24,000 nucleotides of DNA from Bacteroidota bacterium (GCA_013297775.1 JAAFIL010000005.1:127377-151376), one strand, 5' to 3'. Positions 8,392 to 14,245 are shown, numbered from the stretch's first letter. Notes: a model not told the origin generated them from the letters alone. A program made the numbers and translations.

Positions 8392-8503
8392 AGTGTCGTA
8401 AGTAAGAGATACTTCGTTTTAATTTATGTGTCGTTGGTTCGAGTCCAACTTTCATGCAAATGAAATAGCTCAGTGGGTAGAGCAATAAAAAAGACTCTTA
8501 CGG
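8392..8503 (+). ncRNA. Y-RNA-like unit 3: YrlA-style permuted tRNA-like domain on a long bulged helix
   Basis: The 5' box is AGTGTCGTAAGTAAGAGATACTTCG. GTAAGAG (8402-8408) pairs with CTCTTAC (8495-8501), and TTTAT (8423-8427) pairs with ATAAA (8485-8489). The variable region is GTGTC. The T-arm is GTTGG-TTCGAGT-CCAAC (8433-8449). The acceptor-like hairpin is TTTCAT-GCAA-ATGAAA (8450-8465), followed by TA and the D-arm GCTC-AGTGGGTA-GAGC (8468-8483), then A. Confidence 0.65.
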
Positions 8504-8530
8504 ATTTTTACCTGTTTTGAAACAGTGAAT

Positions 8531-8651
8531 GGTGTCGTAGAATAGAGATACTTCGACTTCGGATCGGGCGGACGTGGGTTCGAATCCCATCAAGGTAACA
8601 ACCACTTTAATTACCTTGTAGCTCAGTGGAAGAGCACCTTGTGCTTTATTC
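8531..8651 (+). ncRNA. Y-RNA-like unit 4: circularly permuted, complete tRNA-Arg(UCG)-like cloverleaf inside a closing helix
   Basis: The closing helix is GAATAGAG (8540-8547) / CTTTATTC (8644-8651). The anticodon arm is TTCGA-CTTCGGA-TCGGG (8552-8568), the variable region is CGGAC, and the T-arm is GTGGG-TTCGAAT-CCCAT (8574-8590). The acceptor 3' strand CAAGGTA + A (8591-8598) is joined by a 14-nt loop to the acceptor 5' strand TACCTTG (8612-8618). Then come TA, the D-arm GCTC-AGTGGAA-GAGC (8621-8635) and A26 (8636). Confidence 0.65.
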
Positions 8652-8672
8652 GTTTGTTGCCCATTCATATTT

Positions 8673-8746
8673 CGGTTTATAGCTCAGTTTGGTAGAGCAC
8701 CGTCCTTTTAAGACGGGAGTCCTTGGTTCAAATCCAAGTAGGCCGA
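8673..8746 (+). tRNA. tRNA-Lys (anticodon TTT), AT-rich atypical acceptor, no encoded CCA
   Basis: 74-nt cloverleaf. The acceptor is CGGTTTA/TAGGCCG (C1-G72, two G.U pairs). The D-arm is GCTC-AGTTTGGTA-GAGC, the anticodon arm is CCGTC-CTTTTAA-GACGG, the variable region is GAGTC, and the T-arm is CTTGG-TTCAAAT-CCAAG. The discriminator is A. Confidence 0.75.
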
Positions 8747-8750
8747 CAAA

Positions 8751-8823
8751 GGAAATGTAGTAAAGATGGTCAATGCAGCGGACTGAAAATCCGATGATGT
8801 AGGTTCGAATCCTACCATTTCCA
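8751..8823 (+). tRNA. tRNA-Phe (anticodon GAA)-like, non-canonical
   Basis: 73 nt. The acceptor is GGAAATG/CATTTCC. The D-arm GTAA-AGATGGTCA-ATGC has one mismatch. The anticodon arm GCGGA-CTGAAAA-TCCGA has a G/A mismatch at 27-43. The variable loop is 4 nt, and the T-arm is GTAGG-TTCGAAT-CCTAC. It starts 4 nt after tRNA-Lys. Confidence 0.6.
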
Positions 8824-8832
8824 CAAATACTT

Positions 8833-8905
8833 CGGGAAGTATTTCAATTGTTAGAATGCAGGCTTTGGGAGCTTGTGGTTGCAGGTTCGAGTCCTGCCTT
8901 CCCGA
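8833..8905 (+). tRNA. tRNA-Pro (anticodon TGG)-like, non-canonical D-loop
   Basis: 73 nt. The acceptor is CGGGAAG/CTTCCCG. The D-arm is TTTC-AATTGTTA-GAAT (3 bp, no GG in the loop). The anticodon arm is CAGGC-TTTGGGA-GCTTG, the variable region is TGGTT, and the T-arm is GCAGG-TTCGAGT-CCTGC. The discriminator is A. Confidence 0.55.
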
Positions 8906-8910
8906 CAAAA

Positions 8911-8963
8911 AGTGCCGTACAACATAGTTACTTCGTACTTTTAATATGTTAAATACTATGTTG
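8911..8963 (+). ncRNA. Y-RNA-like unit 5 (minimal: 5' box plus closing helix, no tRNA-like insert)
   Basis: The 5' box is AGTGCCGTACAACATAGTTACTTCG. CAACATAGT (8920-8928) pairs perfectly with ACTATGTTG (8955-8963) around a 26-nt AT-rich insert. Confidence 0.45.
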
Positions 8964-9012
8964 GTTATTTGCCTTTTTAACCGAAATTTTAAGAAATCGG
9001 ACACTTTATAAT

Positions 9013-9071
9013 AAAACATCTAATCCATTTTTAAGTTTTGATTCTAAGTGTTTTACAGAGTTAGATGTTTT
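9013..9071 (+). terminator. Terminator-like inverted repeat at the end of the RNA array
   Basis: AAAACATCTAA (9013-9023) / TTAGATGTTTT (9061-9071) is a perfect 11-bp repeat ending in TTTTATT, but the 37-nt loop is atypical. Confidence 0.3.
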
Positions 9072-9122
9072 ATTCTAAAGAATTTCTTTTTTGAAACTAC
9101 GATTTAACTATCTATTTACGAC

Positions 9123-9288
9123 TTATACCAATATCGGTTCTAAAAGATACAAGTTGAACCAGAATTATTTTTCTTTTAGGCGACGAAAAAATTACAGACG
9201 TAGCAAGGCCTACGGGTATAATTTTTGAGGAAGTATAAGAGAAAAAGAAACTGGGTCAACGTATCTTTTAGAAATGATGTTGGTATAA
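9123..9288. repeat. 166-bp long imperfect palindrome (extended hairpin / MITE-like) abutting the hrpB stop codon
   Basis: The left arm is TTATACCAATATCGGTTCTAAAAGATACAAGTTGAACCAG... The reverse complement of the right arm is TTATACCAACATCATTTCTAAAAGATACGTTGACCCAG... Inner pairs are AAAAATTA/TAATTTTT and CGTAG/CTACG around the central loop CAAGGC. Confidence 0.6.
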
Positions 9289-9290
9289 AC

Positions 9291-11774
9291 TTATTTTACA
9301 CTTTTACCTTTGGCTAAAGCCTTTGCCTGCCAAGGGTCTTCGGGCCAAGCATGTTTTGGATAACGCCTTTGCAATTCCTTTTTCACTTCGTGGTATAAAT
9401 TATTCCAAAAACTTTTTAAGTCGGTAGTTACTTGTACGGGTTTATATCCAGGCGATAATAAATGCAGCACCACAGGCATTTGATTGTTATTAACACGAGG
9501 TGTATCGGCCAAACCAAACACCTCTTGTAAACGAACCGCCATAAGGGGTGTAGCTCCATTCATAAAATAGGTGATGGGTAATTTAGAACCACTTGGCACA
9601 TTTAATTTTGAAGGTGCCAAGGCATTCAACTGTTGTTGTTGCTCCCAACTTAAACTATTTAAAAAACATACCTCTAAATTTAATTTCTTCAAATCATCGG
9701 GTTTTCTGCACGTTTCTAAATAAGGCCCTAGCCATTGTTGCGCTTGCACCAACAGGTAATCAGTGCTACTTTCTGGCCAATCTGCGTTGGTATTCCACAC
9801 ACGTAAACTCGCCACCCGTGCCTGCAGTTGCGCCATCGGTTCATCCCAATTTAATAAACTTAAACCTTCGTTAGCAATGGCTTTACAAATAGCTTCACCG
9901 ATCAAGTGCTTTGGAAATGTAGTTAATGGATTACGTTTCAATACCAAAGCACCTAACTTCCATTCAGTAAAGGCTTGCAAACCCCCTTTACGGGTGTCCC
10001 AATACAACGACTCTTCTTCACGCACCAAACTTTTCAAATCGCTGGGATCTAGTGCGGCTGCTAAGAAAATTTTTCCATCTCCCTCGCGCATATCCACATG
10101 CGCTACTGCTAACCAAGGCTCATGCGCTAAATTATCTTGATGTGCGAACAAGGCGTACTTACCATTAGCCAATTGAAACCGAGCGTTGTTACCAGGGCGT
10201 GCCGAGGCAATGCGCTCGGGGTAAGCAAACGCTAATGCCAAGCCCGCACTATGAGCGTCTATGGCGGTATTACTTTCTTTCAATCCCAATAAATTCAAAT
10301 AGTAATTTGCGTTAGCAGCAATGCGTTTCCACGCTCCTGTTAAACGATTTTGTTCACGAAGACGGCGCAATAACTCGATGCGTAAATTAATATCTATACC
10401 ACTATCGCGCGGCATAGGATCCCGCTCATCTAATATGGCCGCTACATCGCAAGCCAATTGTTTAAGCGTTATATCGTGGGCTTGTAACAGCATGTGTGCT
10501 ATGCGCGGGTGGCAGCCCAAACGGTGGATGTGTTTGCCATGTTCAGTTAATTTATTTGCTTTAATAGCTTCTAACTGTTCGAGTAGCTCGTTAGCCTGCG
10601 CAAGAGCGGCTTTGGGGGGTGGCGTTACCCAATTCAAATCGTAAACGTTGCTAACACCCCATTTGGTGGCTTCTAAAACAAGGCCACTTAAATCGGCTTC
10701 TATTATTTCGGGTACACGGTGTTCGGCCAGACGATTGTGTGTTGCAGTACTCCACAAACGGTAACACACGCCACTGCTTAAACGACCAGCACGTCCCATG
10801 CGTTGGTCGGCAGCATCTTTACTAATGCGCAAGGTTTCTAACTTCGATAAACCCGAACGTGTATCGAACCGTTGGCGTTTGGCAAAACCGCTATCAATCA
10901 CAATACGCACTCCTTCGATGGTTAAACTTGTTTCGGCAATAGAGGTTGCTAACACTACTTTGCGCAAGCCTTGTTTATTAGGCATTAGTGCCGCTTGTTG
11001 TTCACTTGAACTTAATAAGCCATACAGCGGATGTATGCGAATAGTTGATAATTCATTTTTTAATAATGCCTCGCAACGGCGAATGTCAGCTTCACCGGGT
11101 AAAAATGCCAATAAATCCCCTTCATGTTTAGCAAGTGCTTCTACAATGCACTGCGCCATTAATTCGGGCAATAACCGCTCGTCGGCATCGTTTCCATAAA
11201 ATAACTCAACAGGGTATTGCCGTCCTGTGCTTTCGATGAAGGGGGCGTTTAACAACGCTTGTAGCTCGGGCATATTGAGGGTGGCCGACATAATGAGTAG
11301 GCGTAAATCGGGACGTAAAACCTGTTGCGCCTCTCTGCACAAAGCCAAAGCCATATCGGCTTGTAAATTGCGTTCGTGAAACTCATCAAAAATAACCAAA
11401 GCCGTATCTTCTAAAGCATTATCGTGTTGCAATAAACGCGTTAAGATGCCTTCGGTTACTACCTCTAAGCGTGTGGCTTTACTAATGCGGGTTTCGAGGC
11501 GTATGCGGTACCCCACCGTTTCGCCAACGGGTTCGTTAAGTAATTGCGCCATGCGTTGCGCAATACTTTTAGCGGCTAATCGGCGAGGCTCTAATACGAT
11601 TATTTTTTTTCCTTGTAACCACGTCTCATCTAATAATGCCAATGGTAAAATAGTGCTTTTGCCCGCACCCGGCGGTGCTCCTAACAGAAGCGTATTTTGC
11701 GCATGTAACTGTTGCTTTAAATCAGCAATGCAATCGTTAACAGGAAAATTATATAAAAACGGATCGAATGTCAT
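9291..11774 (-). CDS. hrpB: ATP-dependent DEAH-box RNA helicase HrpB
   Basis: 827 aa with Walker A GAPPGAGKST, DEFHER (DEAH box), SAT, and the helicase C / HA2 / HrpB_C layout. It is colinear with my recollection of enterobacterial HrpB. Confidence 0.9.
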   Translation of the reverse strand: MTFDPFLYNFPVNDCIADLKQQLHAQNTLLLGAPPGAGKSTILPLALLDETWLQGKKIIVLEPRRLAAKSIAQRMAQLLNEPVGETVGYRIRLETRISKATRLEVVTEGILTRLLQHDNALEDTALVIFDEFHERNLQADMALALCREAQQVLRPDLRLLIMSATLNMPELQALLNAPFIESTGRQYPVELFYGNDADERLLPELMAQCIVEALAKHEGDLLAFLPGEADIRRCEALLKNELSTIRIHPLYGLLSSSEQQAALMPNKQGLRKVVLATSIAETSLTIEGVRIVIDSGFAKRQRFDTRSGLSKLETLRISKDAADQRMGRAGRLSSGVCYRLWSTATHNRLAEHRVPEIIEADLSGLVLEATKWGVSNVYDLNWVTPPPKAALAQANELLEQLEAIKANKLTEHGKHIHRLGCHPRIAHMLLQAHDITLKQLACDVAAILDERDPMPRDSGIDINLRIELLRRLREQNRLTGAWKRIAANANYYLNLLGLKESNTAIDAHSAGLALAFAYPERIASARPGNNARFQLANGKYALFAHQDNLAHEPWLAVAHVDMREGDGKIFLAAALDPSDLKSLVREEESLYWDTRKGGLQAFTEWKLGALVLKRNPLTTFPKHLIGEAICKAIANEGLSLLNWDEPMAQLQARVASLRVWNTNADWPESSTDYLLVQAQQWLGPYLETCRKPDDLKKLNLEVCFLNSLSWEQQQQLNALAPSKLNVPSGSKLPITYFMNGATPLMAVRLQEVFGLADTPRVNNNQMPVVLHLLSPGYKPVQVTTDLKSFWNNLYHEVKKELQRRYPKHAWPEDPWQAKALAKGKSVK

Positions 11775-11832
11775 GAAAACCTCAGCAACAAAAGTAGTAA
11801 AGAAAGGTGAATTTTAAATACCTTAGCTAGAG

Positions 11833-12171
11833 ATGATACATAGTAAGACCTTTTTTAACCTCGGCTTGGCACTCGATGGTGTGAGTATAAAATCGCATAA
11901 AACCATTGTTCGCTTTTATGCTAATCATAAAATAATGGCGAGTTTAAATGCCCCCGAAAAGCGCGCCACCGTTAAATTATCGGTAGAGCAACAAGATTTA
12001 TTTTGTTTATACGACAAAGCTATTATGTACCCTGTACCCAATAAATGGGGTAAACTAGGTTGGACGCACATTAACCTAAGTTTAGCTACTAAAGAAATGG
12101 TAAAAGAAGCCCTGCAAGAAGCTTGGCGAACCACCATGACACTCAAGCCCATAAAAGAGAAAAATAATTAA
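11833..12171 (+). CDS. MmcQ/YjbR-family putative DNA-binding protein
   Basis: The C-terminal YPVPNKWGKLGWTHINL....VKEALQEAW pattern is typical of the YjbR family. The exact start codon is uncertain. Confidence 0.65.
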   Translation: MIHSKTFFNLGLALDGVSIKSHKTIVRFYANHKIMASLNAPEKRATVKLSVEQQDLFCLYDKAIMYPVPNKWGKLGWTHINLSLATKEMVKEALQEAWRTTMTLKPIKEKNN

Positions 12172-12222
12172 AAAAATACTTGTACATATAACTAATTTAT
12201 TTACTTTTGAAATTCAATTACA

Positions 12223-12678
12223 ATGGCATCTTTAGAACACGAGATTAAGCAGCAACGTTTTGCGAGCGAGCAAGTAAAAGCTAGTATTAATATTTTATTT
12301 ACAGCAAATTGGTTACACAATAAAGTATCAACACATTTAAAGCCTTTTAATTTAACACACGAGCAATTTAATGTATTGCGTATTTTAAGAGGCTCACATC
12401 CTAAAAGTATGTGTCAAAAAGATATTTTATCGCGTATGATTGCACCCAGCTCTAACCTAACGCTGATTGTAAAAAAATTGAAAGAGAAAAAACTAATTAG
12501 TGTAAAACATTCGGCGGTAGATAGGCGAGAATACGTGATTGGAATTACTTTGATAGGTCAAACACTTTTAAAACAAATAGATAAAAGTTTTAATCCGAAA
12601 CTAATGCCAACAAGCCAGTTAAGCGAATCGGAAGCGTTTCACTTAAATGCTTTACTTGATAAATTACGCAGCGACTAA
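12223..12678 (+). CDS. MarR-family transcriptional regulator
   Basis: 151 aa. LTHEQFNVLRILRG...QKDILSRMIAPSSNLTLIVKKLKEKKLISVKHSAVDRREYVIGITLIG is a MarR wHTH. Confidence 0.85.
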   Translation: MASLEHEIKQQRFASEQVKASINILFTANWLHNKVSTHLKPFNLTHEQFNVLRILRGSHPKSMCQKDILSRMIAPSSNLTLIVKKLKEKKLISVKHSAVDRREYVIGITLIGQTLLKQIDKSFNPKLMPTSQLSESEAFHLNALLDKLRSD

Positions 12679-12737
12679 TTTTTTTCAATAAATTAGTTGT
12701 ATATACAATTAATATAAAACCTAAAAAATAAAAATAG

Positions 12738-13154
12738 ATGAAAACAAATGTAACCTTTCCACAAATTATGAAAGCCACCTTATTGGCCATTTCAACTTCT
12801 ATTGGCATAAACGCTTTGCTATTTTTAGTTTTTCACAGTACAGGCGTTATTGACGACTCTATTTTTGTACAGCCCGAACAGCCTCTAACCCTATTACCCG
12901 TTGTTTTAGCGAGTACTTTTCCTACATTCATAGGTGCACTTATATTTTTCTTATTTGCTAAATTCAGTAAAAAGGGATTGCTTTGGTTTAGCATTTTATC
13001 ACTTGTTTTGGTGGTGTTATCGTTAGCCAGTCCATTTACAAATATTCCGAATGTAACATTTGGCTATGCCTGTGTGTTAGATATTATGCACATTGTAGTA
13101 GCGGGCAGTTTACTGTTCTTTTTAAACCGATTGGTGAAAGCAAATAAAGCTTAG
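12738..13154 (+). CDS. Small integral membrane protein (about 4 TM helices), function unknown
   Basis: 138 aa with four hydrophobic segments. It lies immediately downstream of the MarR gene, so it is probably co-transcribed. Confidence 0.6.
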   Translation: MKTNVTFPQIMKATLLAISTSIGINALLFLVFHSTGVIDDSIFVQPEQPLTLLPVVLASTFPTFIGALIFFLFAKFSKKGLLWFSILSLVLVVLSLASPFTNIPNVTFGYACVLDIMHIVVAGSLLFFLNRLVKANKA

Positions 13155-13520
13155 TTCTTGAGAGCCATTCTAGTAAAAAATAGACTTTTCGTTTAGTGTA
13201 TAAATGGGAGAATGCTTCATTTTAATAGCGTCTTGTTTTATATGAAATAGGGTGGCTTGCAATATTTGTTTCCATTAAATAGTTCAAAAGTCTGGAAGGA
13301 ATTTTTAATTATATAGGGTATGGCAAAGTACTTGTGACCTTTTGAGAGAGATGGTTTGGAAGCATGGGCATAGAAAAAAGTTATTCGTGATGCTATGACG
13401 ATTGTTTAATAAACGAATACTAAGGATTGACATCTAACTTTTGTGTAAAACTCGACGGAAAAACAAGATAGATTTAGACCCTAAAAACATTAACTTAGCA
13501 ATATATATTTCTAGACAAGA

Positions 13521-14198
13521 GTGAAGAAAAAGTTAGCAATAGAAACCTTAATAAAAGAAGCTCAAATGTTTTGTACCGAACAATCCAAGTTTCAGCATAA
13601 AGAACTGTTTGGAGTAACTGACGGTAAAGCGGTTGGGACGCTTATTGAACAGAAATTTCAAAAATACTTAAATGACAAATACGAAGTTACAATTGGTTCT
13701 TCTGCCAGCGGTGTTGACCTCCCTTCTGACGATATTTTAACCGACATCAAAGTAACTTCGATAAAACAGCCCCAATCATCTTGCCCTTTCAAAGACGCTA
13801 AACAAAAGGTTTTCGGGCTTGGTTACAATTTACTTGTATTCGTTTACGACAAAGCTGACGACCCGAAAAGTAAAACTGCAACTTTGAATTTTGTAAGTTG
13901 TTCCTTTGTTGCAAAAGAGAGAACGGCTGACTACACAACAACTTACCGTTTAAGAGAAATGGTTAAGGACAAAGCCAATGAAGCCGACATCATTGCTTAA
14001 TTGCAAGACAAAAATATTCCAGCAGACGAAATAACATTATCGAAATTAGCGGATCAATTCTTAAAAACTCCACCTGAACAGGGTTACTTGACTATTTCAA
14101 ATGCTTTACAATGGAGATTACAATATCAACGAATTGTAACTCTTACAGAAGAAGTAAAAGGAATTACCAAGATTGTAAGCTATAATAAACCTTACTGA
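13521..14198 (+). pseudogene. Type II restriction endonuclease (PD-(D/E)xK) interrupted by an in-frame TAA
   Basis: ORFs 13521-14000 and 14001-14198 are in the same frame and are separated only by the TAA at 13998-14000. The second ORF has no ATG start or spacer. Candidate catalytic motif: GVDLPSDDILTDIKVTS (D ... D-x-K). Confidence 0.6.
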
Positions 14199-14245
14199 TG
14201 AATTAAGCGCAGCAGATCATGAACACCTTTGAAAATAAACACTAA

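Noticed and set aside
8109-8963. Possible CRISPR array, because a ~25-nt motif recurs five times
   Set aside because: The repeats are only partly conserved. Spacing is irregular (108-380 nt). The intervals contain tRNA-like arms that pair with the repeats. No cas genes are present. This is not a CRISPR architecture.
8708-9019. 103-aa minus-strand ORF
   Set aside because: It is the antisense translation of the tRNA-Lys/Phe/Pro cluster. The peptide strings (GFEPTSSD, QDSNLQP) are typical tRNA-gene shadows. The plus-strand cloverleaves explain the sequence.
9593-11817. Five plus-strand ORFs (93-133 aa) inside hrpB
   Set aside because: All lie antisense within the well-supported HrpB coding region. 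Their Arg/Ser/Ala-rich low-complexity composition is typical of shadow ORFs in GC-richer DNA.
13155-13520. Possible attachment-site repeat or integrase remnant marking an R-M island next to tRNA-Asn
   Set aside because: I found no copy of the tRNA-Asn 3' end and no recombinase-like reading frame in this spacer or at 16019-16273. Only the low GC content suggests an island.
14001-14198. Independent 65-aa gene starting at TTG
   Set aside because: It is in the same frame as the upstream ORF and directly abuts it. It has no ATG start or ribosome-binding context of its own. It reads better as the C-terminal part of a nonsense-interrupted endonuclease.
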